Part shown: in pieces, positions 40,371-54,138 of the stretch
How positions within the stretch are numbered: position 1 is the first letter of the stretch
Layout of the letters: the number at the start of each line of letters is the position of its first letter
Origin: Mobula hypostoma
Taxonomy: Eukaryota
Length of the DNA: 64,000 nt
Assembly: GCF_963921235.1 (NCBI RefSeq)
Contig: NC_086097.1
Coordinates: 96,288,001-96,352,000, forward strand
Direction of reading: 5' to 3'
Notes under the pieces: model-generated
Databases searched by the model: none
What the model was told of the DNA's origin: nothing
What the model saw: the letters and a program-made list of their open reading frames with translations, nothing else
Made by a program: the position numbers and the translations under genes

Positions 40371-41419
40371 ATGAAAGATGGCATTGATGACAGTAACACC
40401 TGCCTAGATTATTACACTCAAGGATCTAAGAGGTAATGGTGCTATAAGCTAAGCCACAATAAACACTAGAGAAAAGAAACTCTATTCAAAATCTCATATT
40501 TGAACTCAGGCTCTCAGGATTATTAGGTGTCCTGGAGTACCAGCTCAGCAGCATAACTACATTACCACGTCTACAAATGTTGACCAAGTAAAATTATTTA
40601 GTCATATTGCATAACTTAATGGTTAATTCAGGACTGCTGGACTAGGCTATTACACCAAAGTCTCATACAATTTAACTGACTACATTTGAATTATTATTTA
40701 TAACTTTGAATGCATTTACGCTTTTAGTGACAGACACGTTTTAAAGATTTACACTTTTTTGCATATGTTTTTAATTAAAAATGCAAGGTATTTGAATTTG
40801 TCTTTATATTTTGAAATACATGTTCTTACTTAGACTTTATATGTCATATTATATGACAGCTTGGTCATTTAATGCTTTTATCTGATACTCATTTAATAAT
40901 CTTTTGCTAGTCTTCAAATTTCAGCTGAAAACATTATTTCTTGTCAGTGTAATCATGAGCCTCTGGAATGTCCTACAAATGTGTTGTTCTGCTGTACCGG
41001 CCTTTGATTTGTTAATATATTTGTAACTTGCCTTGTGCCAAATGAAACAGGCAATTAATTTTCTTCACAAAAAAAGTTGCCATGAAGTTTTTTTCAAATG
41101 TCTTTTAAGAACATTATGGTATTAAATTGCAATGAAAATAGGTTGAATTTATGCACGGGACTAGAGGAGGAAATAACATTTTAGTTACAAAGTTTAAATA
41201 ATTGTACTTTATACAGAAAAGCCTTCAGTCATTTAAAGTATTAAATTATCCATAAACTTTAAAGTTCAGTTCAATAGTAAATACGTACTACAGGGGTTTC
41301 AGGTACCATATTAAACCTTACCTTGTACAATTCCGAAAACTACAAGTGCAAAATATATATTCTAATGCTTACTAGTGCATTCCCACATCAAGTTAGTGAC
41401 AAATTAAAAAAATTTGCTC

Positions 41420-42120
41420 ATCTAAGGGACCAGATAAGTAAGTGTTTGGATAGACAGGGCCTGATTAGGGTTATTCAACGTGGCTTTGTACATGGAAGGT
41501 TGTGCCTAACCAATTCTATTGAGTTTTTTGAGGAGGATACCAGGAAAGTTGATGAAGGAAAGTCAGTGGATGGATCTCAGCAGATCAGGCAGCATCTATG
41601 GAAAAGAGTACAGTCGATGTTTCGGGCCAAGACCCTTCAGTACAGGTTGATAGAGTTGTAAAGAGAAATGTTTGCTCATTGGCTTTCATAAATCAAAGTA
41701 TTGAGCACAGGAGTTGGGGAATTTATACTGAAGTTGTATAAGACAGTGGTCCCCAGCCTCCGGGCCGCGAAGCGTGCAGGGGTGCAGTGGTAGCCGGGAC
41801 GCACTCAGCGCATCTTTAAGAAAAAAGCCAAAATAAACAAGCTAATTAATTAGGTGCTGCCCGGCACGTAAATGTCGGCCCAGATCAGAGGCGATTGCCG
41901 ATTTCACTTGCTCTACACCAAAAGAATCTGAATATGAAGTATATCATATATGAAGAATAACAGTAAATGGTAATGACTGGGAATTCAATGCCTGAAAAGC
42001 TTGTGGAAACAGATTCAATAATAACTTTTAACAGGAAAATGGGAAAAAGACCAGCAAATAAAAGAATAAATTGGACAGCTCTTTCAAGAGACCAGATGGC
42101 CTCTTTCTGTGCTGGTAACA
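41420..42120 (+). mobile_element. Composite of decayed CR1 pieces, a minus-strand PLE terminal fragment (~41575-41640) and a hAT-MITE-like end starting at 41744
   Basis: LDRQGLIR..QRGFVHGRLCLTN remnant; GGCAGCATCTATGGAAAAGAGTACAGTCGATGTTTCGGGCC matches PLE ends; CAGTGGTCCCCAGCC is TIR-like. Confidence 0.6.
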
Positions 42121-42229
42121 TTTCATAATTTCATGATCCAAGTAACTGTTATTTTATAAATTTTGCTTTAAAGTTTAATAACTTGAAGTCAATGAGCTAG
42201 GGGAAAAACTACCTTCAGTAATGTAAATA

Positions 42230-44998
42230 CAGTGAATTCTGGTTAATAGTAAATCAGTTAATCAGGGCAGCTGCTTATTTGGGATAATTCTTAAAGAACA
42301 AAAAATAATTGAGAAAATAGCTGGAATTCCCTTTGTATATTTGAGATACTATGTTGCTTAACTGGGACAGAAGACTGTTGCTGATTTGTTTCTAACTAGC
42401 ATCAGTTGCATGAACTTGTGTGGCCGTAAGACCGTTCGTAGAGCAAGCAGTTTATAAATAGCATAATTTGCTCATGTTTGTGTTGAAGTATTCAGTCTTG
42501 GAGATGCAAGAAATGGCCAGGAATGAAAATGAAATGATTTCACTACTTAAACAAATTAGGAGGTACGAAGAATTTGAAGGTATTAACAGTCACCTTGAAT
42601 GTTACAATGACAATGAAGATTTGGAGGATGCAATCATTGAAAGCATTGTTTGAAGGAAGTTCATTATTTTGTTCATTTACAGTTTATCAAAAGAACACCA
42701 TAAGACACAGGAGCAGAATTAGGCCAATTGACCCATCAAGTCTGCTCTGCTGTTCCATCATGGCTGATTTATCATTCCTCTCCACTCCATTCCCCTGCTT
42801 TCTCCTCTTAACCTTTGACTCCCTGACTAACCAAGAACCTATCAACCTCTGATTTAAATATACTTAATGACTTAGCCTCCACAATTGTCCATGACAATGA
42901 ATTCCACAGATTCATCACCTGCTGGCTAAAGAAATTCCTTCCAATCTCTGTTTTAAATGGACGTCCTTCTGTTCTGAGGCTGTGCCCTCTGGTCTCAGTC
43001 TTACCCACTACAGAAAACATCCTCTCCACATCCACTCTGTCTAGGCCTTTCGATATTTGATAGATCTCCCCTCATTCTTCTAAATTCCAGCAACTACAGG
43101 TCCAGAGCATTCAAACGGTCCTGATGCGTTAACCCTGTCGTTCCCAGAATTATTCTTGTGAACATCCTCTGGATCCTCTCTAGTGCCAGCACATATTTTC
43201 TTAGATAAGAGGCCCAAAACTACTCACAATACTCCAAGTGTGGTCTGATCAATGCCTTATAAAGCCTCAACATCACATCCTTGCTCTTATACTCTAGTCC
43301 TCTTGAAATAAAAGCTAACATTGCACTTGCTTACCTTACCACCAACTCAATCTGCAAGTTAACTTTTAGGAAATTCTGTACCAACACTCTCAAGTCCCTT
43401 TGCACCTCTGGTTTTTGAATTTTCTTGCCATTTAGAAAATAGTCTATGCCTTTATTCCTTCTATCAAAGTGCATGACCATACACTTACTTACACTGCATT
43501 TCGTCTCCCAATCTGTCCGTCTTTCTGCAGACTCCTTACTTCCTTAACACCACATGCCCTCCGCTTACCTTTGTATCCTTGGAAAACTTGGCCACAAAGT
43601 CATCAATTCCATCATCCAAATCATTGATATATAACCTGAAAAGAAGCAGTCCCAATACCACCTCCACCCCCTACCCCCCCGCCGTTGTGGAACACCACTT
43701 GTCACTGGCAGCCAACCAGACTAGGCCCCCTTTATTCCTTTTTTCTGGCTCTTTGCCTCCTGCCAATCAGCCAATCTTCTATCTGTGATAGTAATTTTCC
43801 TGTAATATCATGGGCTCTTCTCTTGTTAAGTAGCCTCATGTGTGGCACCTTGTTAAAGGCCTTCTGCAAATCTAAATAAACAACATCCACATACTCTCCT
43901 TTGTCTATCCTGCCTGTTATTTCCCCAAAGAATTCCAACAGGTTTGTCAGGCAAGATTTCCCCTTAAGGGAACAATGCTGACTTCGGCCTAATTTATCAC
44001 CCGCTTCCAAGTACCCTGAAACCTCATCCTTAATAAAGGACTTCAACAGCTTCCACTAACAGACCGATAATTTCCTTTCTTCTGCCTCCCTCCCTTCTTA
44101 AAGAATGGAGTGACATTAGCAATTTTCCAGCCCTCTGGAACCATTGCAGAATCTAGCAATTCTTGAAAGATCATTACTCCTCCTGTTGGTCTTTAAAAGG
44201 AACAACAGTATGTTGGTTGTCTGTTGTATCCAACGTTGACAGCGAAACCTGTGCTGGAGATTTTTCAAAAGTGAAAAAACCATTGCACTGGGACAATTCT
44301 ACTCTTTCAACCTCGGAACGTCTGGGTCCAGTAGTATGAGTTATCACCACAAACTGGGGTCTTCCACGGTCACACTGGATAACCATGACTTCTTCTGTGC
44401 TTATCATGCACTTCACTCTCCATGCACATGTTTCACTGTCATCACCTTCTTGGCTGTTGGATCTCACTATTGATCTCCTCTGCCCTGTCCATTGGAGCTG
44501 ACTTTACTTGAAATGTCCCTATTTGACTGGGGTATGATACCTGCCGGCTATCCTCACCTGATTTAGCCCACCTGTCAAAGCGGTGTACTGGGGTGTGGCT
44601 GTTGTCGCATGCAATAGCTACTTGGAGCCACAGTTGAGAGGTGAGTGTCCAATGGGACCAAATGTGAGTGAACTACCCAAGAATTGACACGACTAGCCCT
44701 TTCACTGGAGCTGCTACCCCTCTCTGGATACCCATACACAGCAGCATACACCAGGTTCCTCCATCAATAATTATTAAGAGCTAATACACAATTTTTTAGC
44801 ACTGTAATCACATTTGTAGAACTCTAATTAGTTCTGTATTTTATTGAAATACATAATTTATTACTCTTTTAAATGGTAGTTTGTCTTTTTTTTATACCTT
44901 TTTAATTACTTCCATGAAACTTCAACTAATCAGGGCAGCTGCTTAATTGGGCCAAAATGTACTGGTCCCGATCTGCTCCAATTAACTGGAATCTAATG
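42230..44998. mobile_element. Tc1/mariner-pogo (Tigger-like) non-autonomous element with TA TSD, interrupted by later insertions
   Basis: TA|CAGTGAATTCTGGTTAAT ... ATTAACTGGAATCTAATG|TA imperfect TIRs. The subterminal motif TAATCAGGGCAGCTGCTTA occurs near both ends. Acidic C-terminal remnant (NDNEDLEDAIIESIV). Confidence 0.7.
42695..44175 (-). mobile_element. CR1 LINE RT and 3' fragment, decayed, nested in the Tigger-like element
   Basis: KGKSCLTNLLEFF, VDVVYLDLQKAFNKVPH and TRGHSLR..RNFFSQ on the minus strand. Confidence 0.92.
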
Positions 44999-45284
44999 TA
45001 GATCATTTTTCAAGATTCCTCAGAATTTATCGCTATTTCCCCATTATGTAAATCGCTACCTATAACCAATTTAGATCATGTTGATTTTAGATTGAACTTC
45101 AGACCAACTGAATAATCTACAGCTAGTGTGGTTAATATTCAAAGGGACTGCTTTGATCCCTTCTGATTTGATCCAAGTATGAAACTGCTAAGCCATTACT
45201 GAGGTGATCTCTATTTTAATTTACAACAAGCGTTATCTCAAGATTTGGCCTTTTTCACTATTGTGACACATTGGTCATAAGCAA

Positions 45285-47168
45285 GGACATGGTTTGGAGT
45301 TGGTAAAATGTGAGCAGGATAGTTTTTTGAAGCAATACATAGAGGTACCAACTAGAAAAGGGGCAGTGTTGGATCTCCTGTTAGGGAATGAGACAGGGCA
45401 GATGACGGAGGTATTTGTTGGGGAGCACTTCGGGTCCAGTGATCACAATACAATTAGTTTCAGTGTAATAATGGAGAAGGATAGGACTGGACCTAGGATT
45501 GAGATTTTTGATTGGAGAAAGGCTAACTTTGAGGAGATGCAAAAGGATTTAGAAGGAGTGGATTGGGAAAATTTGTTTTATGGGAAGGATGTAACAGAGA
45601 AATGGAGGTCATTTAAAGGTGAAATTTTGAGGGTTCAGAATCTTTATGTTCCTGTTAAGTTGAAAGGAAAGGTTAAAAGTTTGAGAGAGCCATGGTTTTC
45701 AAGAGATATTAGAAACTTGGTTCAGAAAAAGAGAGGGATCTTCAATAAATATAGGCAGCTTGGAGTTAATGAGGTACTCGAGGAATATAAAGAATGTAAA
45801 AAGAATGTTAAGAAAGAAATTAGAAAAGCTAAAAGAAGATACGGGGCTGCTTTGGCAAATAAGTTGAAAATAAATCCAAAGGGTTTCTACAGTTATGTTA
45901 GTGGCAAAAGGATAGTGAGGGATAAAATTGGTCTGTTGGAGAATAAGAGTGGACGGCTATGTGCGGAGCCAAAAGAGATGGGGGAGATTTTGGACAATTT
46001 CTTTTCTTCGGTATTCACTAAGGAGAAGGATATTAAATTGTGTAAGGTAAAGGAAACAAGTAGGGTAGTTATGGAAAGTATGACAATTAAAGAAGACGAA
46101 GTACTGGCACTTTTAAGGAATATAAAAGTGGATAAGTCTCAGGGTCCGGACAAGATATTCCCTAGGACTTTGAGGGAAGTTAGTGTAGAAATAGCAGGGG
46201 CTCTGACAGAAATATTTCAAATGTCATTAGAAACGGAATGGTGCCAGAGGATTGGCATATTGCTCATGTGGTTCCATTGTTTAAAAAGGGTTCTAAGAGT
46301 AAACCTGGCAATTATTGGCCTGTGAGTTTGATGTCAGTAGTGGGTAAATTGATGGGAAGTATTCTTAGAGATGGTATATATAATTTTCTGGATAGACAGG
46401 GTCTGATTAGGAACAGTCAACATGGATTTGTGTGTGGAAGGTCATGTTTGACAAATCTTATTGAATTTTTTGATGAGGTTACTAAGAAAGTTGACGAGGG
46501 TAAAATGGTGGATGTTGTCTATGTGGACTTCAGTAAGGCCCTTGACAAGGTTTCACACGGAAGGTTAGTTAGGAAGGTTCAATTGTTAGGCATTAATATG
46601 GAAGTATTAAAATGATTCAGCAGTGGCTAGATGGGATACATCAGAGAGTAGTGGTGGATAACTGTGTGTCAGATTGGAGGACGGCGTGTAGCGGTGTGCC
46701 TCAGGTTTGTTGCCTGGGTTTCATCTCCTAAGTTACAGAGAAAGGTTGAACAAGTTAGGTCTTTATTCTTTGGAGCGTAGAAGGTTGAGGGGGGACTTGA
46801 TAGAGGTGTTTAAAATTATGAGGGGGATTGATAGAGTTGACATGGATAGGCTTTTTCCATTGAGAGTGGGGAAAATTCAAACAAGAGGATATGGATTGCG
46901 AATTAGAGGACGAAAGTTTAGGGGTAACATGAGGGGGAACTTCTTTACTCAGAGAGTGGTAGCTATGTGGAATGAGCTTCCAGCAGAAGTAGTTGAAGCA
47001 GGTTCTTTGTTGTCGTTTAAAGTTAAATTGGATAGATATATGGACAGGAAAGGAATGGAGGGTTATGGGCTGAGTGCAGGTCGGTGGGACTAGGACAGGG
47101 TAAGAGTTCAGCACGGACTAGAAGGGCCAAGATGGCCTGTTTCCGTGCTGTAATTGTTATATGGTTAT
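45285..47168 (+). mobile_element. CR1 LINE ORF2 fragment with an internal deletion at ~46705
   Basis: LDLLLGNE, SDHN, QHGFVCGRSCLTNL; the sequence jumps from GVPQG to LPG..LSYRERL; tail TTGTTATATGGTTAT. Confidence 0.93.
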
Positions 47169-48406
47169 TAAAGAGGGATTATTCGTCTATCTTTGACTTT
47201 TAGTGGCATTTGCTTGTACTGATTCACCCAAGAAATTCTGTGGATCTTCAAAGACCAGAAATTCAAATACTGTGCTGGAACATTTTGAAATATGATATTC
47301 TGAAAATACCGTTCATTACTTGATTCCCACAAGTAATGTGATGTAATACAGATGCATGCAGCTGAGATACTTGACATCGTGCACTCATTGGTACCCATCC
47401 ACCACCTTAAACAACCACTCCTCCACCATTGACACACAATTGTTGCTTCATTTAGAATGAATAGAAGAAACTTCTGCTAGAGCATTAAACAAGTCTTTAA
47501 CCTTTACATTGGAAACACAATGGCAGACTGAACAAGGGACTACTATAATCTCTGAGTTCCCCTACGATGACTTGGAGGTATGTCACTAATCCTCCATCGC
47601 TGAGTCAAGAACTGACTGCAGTCCTTCAAAAAGGAGGGTTGCTTTACCTGGAAGTGGGCATTAAATGATATTGATGTGTTGTGAATTTAAAAGATGTACA
47701 AAATAAACTGCACCGCAACCAGGATATAATAAATAAACTGAGTGTGTATGATGGAGGTGATGTCATAAGATTGTCATTGCATATTGATGAAGTAGTATAA
47801 CAACACATTACTATCAAATGAGAAATGGTAAGCAATGACTTCTATTCTAACAGACTAGTTTCACTATGTTTTAGGAGCAGCTATAGTCCCCGGAGGCATG
47901 GCGATTGCTCCAGATGATTTAAGGTACAACTGAATAACCACAGCCAATTGATTGAAAGTAAATGCTCCAAATGAACTTTGGTAATCAGCTGCAATAAGGT
48001 TGGTCACATAAAGGCATGATGTGTTTGGAACTTTTACTAATATCTCATGTAATATTTTTGGATTAAAGTAGTCTTCAAGGACAGCTGCAATAGCTCCTGG
48101 CATAAATATGGTGTACTGGCTTAAGATCTAGAATCTTCCATGGCAATGTTCTTGATATTATATCTCTGCAATATTGTAAAGAATAGCTTTTGGTATTCAG
48201 TTCAGCAATCCTCACCTACCTTACTCACTTCATGATGTCCTTGGACAGCACAAAATCCAGCAGTAACATATGAGTTTGGTCTGCTGTCTGCCAAGGATGT
48301 TTACTGTATTGCCAAAAGGCAGAAATTAGTTTTGCAGATCATTGTTACTACTCTAAAAACACCACATTCTCATTGTGGACAAAACATCTGTTATAACTTG
48401 CCCTAC

Positions 48407-48482
48407 CTTGAAAGTATATCCGGCTTTGATTCGATTCTGGACAGTCTCATGGTCAGCCTGTTGGCCAGATATAATAGCATAC
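48407..48482 (-). CDS. RMDN3: Internal coding exon (76 nt, phase 2/0) of an RMDN/FAM82-family gene: (W)YAIISGQQADHETVQNRIKAGYTFK
   Basis: Minus-strand acceptor ttcttttcatttcag and donor AAG|gtaggg. Peptide resembles recalled human RMDN3 [25 protein letters not shown] and joins in frame to EHIDKAI at 32108. Paralogue assignment is tentative. Confidence 0.85.
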
Positions 48483-50049
48483 CTGAAATGAAAAGAATCA
48501 CATCATATGTACTGAAAAGCTATCCAAACAAGACCTTGATAAAGGATTATAACATGCACATTTGCAGAGGTTGGTAAGTAAGATCAAACAAGTTTTGCCT
48601 ATTTTTATAGTGAACCTGGACTTCAAATTTGACTTAGGATATGAGGCAGCCATTTGATCCATTAGAGCTCGCCGCTCCAGTATCCTGAATCCTCTACAAC
48701 ACGATCTATAATTTTACACAACATAGGTCTAACTTTCTTAGAATTATAATATCAACTTTCAATTTTAGCTGTTGAAATATTAGTGAGTTATAAAAACATA
48801 TGAAGTAATATTTTAGAATTATTTCTCATTATCAAGATGGATGTCATCCAGCTTTCTGACATTTTTTATTCTGTGTCTCGTGAGGTATGCCATTATGTTC
48901 TCTTTCTAGATTAGAAACTTTAATGTTTTCTCATTTTGCTCTTAGCTTGTTGCCCCATCGAGAAGCATTTTTGCATTCCTTTGCACAATCAATAAAACTT
49001 CCATTGTTTATTTTGCAGTGAGCTGATTGGAATCAGTACAATATAATTAGAACCACCATAGCTAAAAACATTCTTTCACCTATATTTCAGAGAGTATAAA
49101 GTGACTTCTGAAATATACTGCAGTGCCGCTTGTTTTGCCACCTACTCTCTCATAATCTCTGTATTTTCACATCTGTGTAATATTTTGGGAATGAAAGGAA
49201 TAACAAACTCTCAGGCATGGACTTAACCTGTCAGCCTTTGCAACATTTGACAAGTTGATTTTCCAGAACTTTCCCAGTTAGAAACCTGACACAAGTTCAC
49301 ACAGCCTGGGAGCAATAGAAAACAAGCTTGGAAATATATCTTCAGGAAAAGGAGCAAAGTTTACTCTTCAAAAAAGAAATTGGCAATGTATTTGGTTTCT
49401 TAAAGTTCAAACCATTACATGTTGTCTGAGTAAATATAATCCACAGATCTAGAGGGGGGATATTGAACAGCTATTTATTCATGTTAAGAACATAAGCTAT
49501 ATGGATTTGTTTTAGGAGCTAAGCTGCAGGCATATTTTACCAAAACCAACATATCAAGCTTTGCTTAACACAAGAAACAGAATCACTCATTATTTTGTAA
49601 AGTGATAAAAGTGAAATAGTTAATAGTCAAAGTTACATTTGCAACAACTTATTATGAGAACAGACATTAACCAAAAATTTTAATTATGCCAAAGTACAAA
49701 TGAGGCTGATCACTGCAAACTGGCTGAAGCAAAAGCTAACTTCACAAGATCTCACATTTATTTCCAGATATTTGGGAGGTACCAAATTACTTTTAAAATT
49801 GATAATCAGGTGATCATCAATACTGTTTTCATAAAGATATGATTACTTAAAGTTATGCATAATAGGATGATAACTAATTGGGTTAATGATGAAAACTATA
49901 GAAGCTCTGCTAAATTCCTTGTAATACAATATACCATTAGTGTGATGTTGTGCGACCAATATGCAATCAGACGTTAAGGAAAGTTATAATCTGAGTAGAA
50001 AATTATTTTGCCACTACCTGGTCCAAATTCTTCAAGCATCTTATCAAAA

Positions 50050-52192
50050 ATGTAAACAACAGGAATTCTGCAGATGTTGGAAATTCAAGCAACATACATC
50101 AAAGTTGCTGGTGAACGCAGCAGGCCAAGTAGCATCTATAGGAAGAGGCGCAGTCGACGTTTCAGGCCGAGACCCTTCGTCAGGACTAACTGAAGGAAGA
50201 GTGAGTAAGGGATTTGAAAGCTGGAGGGGGAGAGGGAGATGCAAAATGATAGGAGAAGACAGGAGGGGGAGGGATAGAGCCGAGAGCTGGACAGGTGATA
50301 GGCAAAAGGGGATACGAGAGGATCATGGGACAGGAGGTCTGGGAAGAAAGACGGGGGGGGGAGTGACCCAGAGGATGGGCAAGAGGTATATTCAGAGGGA
50401 CAGAGGGAGAAAAAGGAGAGTGAGAGAAAGAATGTGTGCATAAAAATGAGTAACAGATGGGGTACGAGGGGGAGGTGGGGCCTTAGCGGAAGTTAGAGAA
50501 GTCAATGTTCATGCCATCAGGTTGGAGGCTACCCAGACGGAATATAAGGTGTTGTTCCTCCAACCTGAGTGTGGCTTCATCTTTACAGTAGAGGAGGCCG
50601 TGGATAGACATGTCAGAATGGGAATGGGATGTGGAATTAAAATGTGTGGCCACTGGGAGATCCTGCTTTCTCTGGCGGACAGAGCGTAGATGTTCAGCAA
50701 AGCGGTCTCCCAGTCTGCGTCGGGTCTCACCAATATATAAAAGGCCACATTGGGAGCACCGGACACAGTATATCACCCCAGTCGACTCACAGGTGAAGTG
50801 ATGCCTCACCTGGAAGGACTGTCTGGGGCCCTGAGTGGTGGTAAGGGAGGAAGTGTAAGGGCATGTGTAGCACTTGTTCCGCTTACATGGATAAGTGCCA
50901 GGAGGGAGATCAGTGGGGAGGGATGGGGGGGACGAATGGACAAGGGAGTTGTGTAGGGAGCGATCCCTGCGGAATGCAGAGGGGGGCGGGGGGAGAGAAA
51001 GATGTGCTTAGTGATGGGATCCCGTTGGAGTTGGCGGAAGTTACGGAGAATAATATGTTGGACCCGGAGGCTGGTGGGGTGGTAGGTGAGGACCAGGGGA
51101 ACCCTATTCCTAGTGGGGTGGTGGGAGGATGGAGTGAGAGCAGATGTACGTGAAATGGGGTGATGCGTTTAAGAGCAGAGTTGATAGTGGAGGAAGGGAA
51201 GCCCCTTTCTTTAAAAAATGAAGACATCTCCCTCGTCCTAGAATGAAAAGCCTCATCCTGAGAGCAGATGCGGCGGAGACGGAGGAATTGCGAGAAGGGG
51301 ATGGCGTTTTTGCAAGAGACAGGGTGAGAAGAGGAATAGTCCAGATAGCTGTGAGAGTCAGTAGGCTTATAGTAGACATCAGTGGATAAGCTGTCTCCAG
51401 AGACAGAGACAGAAAGATCTAGAAAGGGGAGGGAGGTGTCGGAAATGGACCAGGTAAACCTGAGGGCAGGGTGAAAGTTGGAGGCAAAGTTAATAAAGTC
51501 AACGAGTTCTGCATGCGTGCAGGAAGCAGCGCCAATGCAGTCGTCGATGTAGCGAAGGAAAAGTGGGGGACAGATACCAGAATAGGCACGGAACATAGAT
51601 TGTTCCACAAACCCAACAAAAAGGCAGGCATAGCTAGGACCCATACGGGTGCCTATAGCTACACCTTTAGTTTGGAGGAAATGGGAGGAGCAAAAGGAGA
51701 AATTATTAAGAGTAAGGACTAATTCCGCTAGATGGAGCAGAGTGGTGGTAGAGGGGAACTGATTAGGTCTGGAATCCAAAAAGAAGCGTAGAGCTTTGAG
51801 ACCTTCCTGATGGGGGATGGAAGTATATAAGGACTGGACATCCATGGTGAAAATAAAGCGGTGGGGGCCAGGGAACTTAAAATCATCGAAAAGTTTAAGA
51901 GCGTGAGAAGTGTCACGAACATAGGTCGGAAGGGATTGAACAAGGGGTGATAAAACAGTGTCGAGGTATGCAGAAACGAGTTCGGTGGGGCAGGAGCAAG
52001 CTGAGACAATAGGTCGGCCGGGACAGGCAGGTTTGTGGATCTTGGGTAGGAGGTAGAAACGGGAAGTGCGGCGTGTGGGAACTATAAGGTTGGTAGCAGT
52101 GGATGGGAGATCCCCTGAGCGGATAAAGTCGGTGATAGTGTGGGAGACAATGGCCTGGTGCTCCTTAGTGGGGTCACGATCGAGGGGTAAAT
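50050..52192 (-). mobile_element. Penelope-like element, 5'-truncated, RT core uninterrupted, GIY-YIG present, complete 3' end
   Basis: ORF 50910-52199(-) contains RYIDD, FLD, YYKPT and LRRICS. ORF 50483-50809(-) contains GVIYCVRCSQCGLLYIGET..RFAEH. Same family as 33050-35664. Confidence 0.95.
50152..50187 (-). ncRNA. Minimal type I hammerhead ribozyme motif in a PLE terminus (core intact)
   Basis: Minus strand reads AGTC CTGACGA AGG GTCTCGG CCT GAAA CG TC GACT: stem I AGTC/GACT, CUGANGA box, stem II, GAAA, palindromic ACGU vestigial stem III, GUC triplet. Confidence 0.8.
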
Positions 52193-54102
52193 AAATCAAT
52201 AAATCAAAAATGTATTGCTTTTTGACATTCAGCCTAATGTATGATATTTTTTGAACACTGCAAACTACATAGACATTTCAAAATGATCTGATAAAGTTTT
52301 ACGGCATCTAAAAATAAAAGTAAGAATAGACTACAGAAATTTGAGTGTTTTATTAACGTTTGTAGCTTAATTATTAATGTGCAATTTTCAGAAATAGCCG
52401 TTGTAAAATGAAATGACATCCACCAACTGTTTACTCTTAATGCAAACTTGCTTAATACAAATTTGTCCTTGCTCTGCTTATTTCCAAAATTTTCAATGCA
52501 GATATTACATAAAGATAAAGACTAGCTTTATTTATCACATGCACATTGAAACATAGAGTGAAATGTGTTGTTTGCATCAATGGCTGATAAAGTCCAAAGA
52601 TGTGTTGGGGGCAGCCCACAACTATTGCTATGCTTCCGGCACCAACATAGCTTTCCCCATGTGTTCGGCTTACTCCTCATGTGTTCGTGGGGAAACTATA
52701 CAAACTCCTTACAGGCAGTGACTGGAATTTAATCACAGTTAATGGGGCTCTAAAATGTCACTATAGCTGCTACATTACCATGCACCCCGCACTATTATTT
52801 ATCCATTTTTAATCTGATAATAGATAACATCAGTACAAAACCTTCTGGTAATTCCACTGGTATCAGGAGATAAACTATGTTTGCTTATATGGATATTAAA
52901 AATGTTCTAAATGGAATGTCAGAGCTCTGTATGTAATCGCTACAATCTAAAACAATAAACAGAACATTTCCACCTGGAGGAACCCATGTGGGAGGGATAA
53001 TGATGTTCACTAGCTATGAAATAAAGGTCACAAACTTTAAACATAGAAAAAACAACTACAGAATAAGTAAGATGAATGGTAGAAGTTATCAAAATAATTA
53101 AATTCTGTTTTCTAATATCAGAACATAAGAATTGCTGGAGGAATTCAGCCATAAGATAACGCAAAATTATTTATTAGTGTATTTATTAGCATATTCTCAG
53201 TTCATACAGATTACTGTGACACAACATTCTGCCAAGTGCTTTCCAATAAAGTAAACCAATGTTTAATATTTAAGTCACCTGTTAACAACATTTTGGAATC
53301 TAAAAATATTTTGAATTTAAATAGCCATTTACAAAATTCAGCCCTCTTCAATTCCATTTAAAATTTATCTACACTTTTCTTGTAAGTAATGTTGGATGAA
53401 TGAATAAGAGCATTGAGGTCTATGCTTAACAAGATACATTCTCTGAGGATACTATCCCTGGTAGATGAAGTTCAGAGGTTGGAAGGAAAATCACAGGATA
53501 AGGGACTGGAATTGCAAATAATTGTTTTCAATTTACTTTAGCATCCATTTTTTGCATTTGCCAGTGTGATTTTTATTAAATTAATTCTGATCAGGCTTAT
53601 AATTCCAACTGCCTCAACCATATATCCAGATGGGCTTCCCTTGCTTTGGCTTCCCTCATCAAGAGAAATATTTTTTTGTTTACGATATTGTTTTTACATT
53701 GAATTCATTAATACCATATCATTTTATTTATTCAAATATGGTAAATGATGACTTCAATTTTAGTTTGATCATTTCACAATGATACTACTAAACATATCTT
53801 GGCATTTCAAGATGCATTGTTTTTCATTTTCAATATTTCAAGAACACATGTTAGTAACAGGTAAGCCATTTTGCTTTACCATAATAGAAAGAGCAGATCA
53901 GTTCGGACATTAAATACCCAAGCTTTCCTTCAAACTCATCATGTGAGAAAACATACCGGAGATTCACCAGTCTTAACAATTTCATCAGCATATTCTAACT
54001 GTTGATTTTGTTGTACATAGAAAATAATTTTAAAGAAAGGTAACACACATAAAAGTTGCTGGTGAACGCAGCAGGCCAAACAGCATCTCTAGGAAGAGGT
54101 GC

Positions 54103-54138
54103 AGTCGACGTTTCAGGCTGAGACCCTTCGTCAGGACT
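54103..54138 (-). ncRNA. Minimal hammerhead ribozyme motif (core intact)
   Basis: Minus strand reads AGTC CTGACGA AGG GTCTCAG CCT GAAA CG TC GACT. Confidence 0.78.

Noticed and set aside
47168..48103. Short minus-strand ORFs (79-89 aa) considered as a viral or host coding remnant
   Set aside because: No recognisable motif; lengths are compatible with chance. Only the nearby true exon is supported.
53957..53994. Minus-strand AG..GT bounded segment reading YADEIVKTGESP
   Set aside because: Weak acceptor and no resemblance to the expected upstream RMDN exon ending C-H-x-W.
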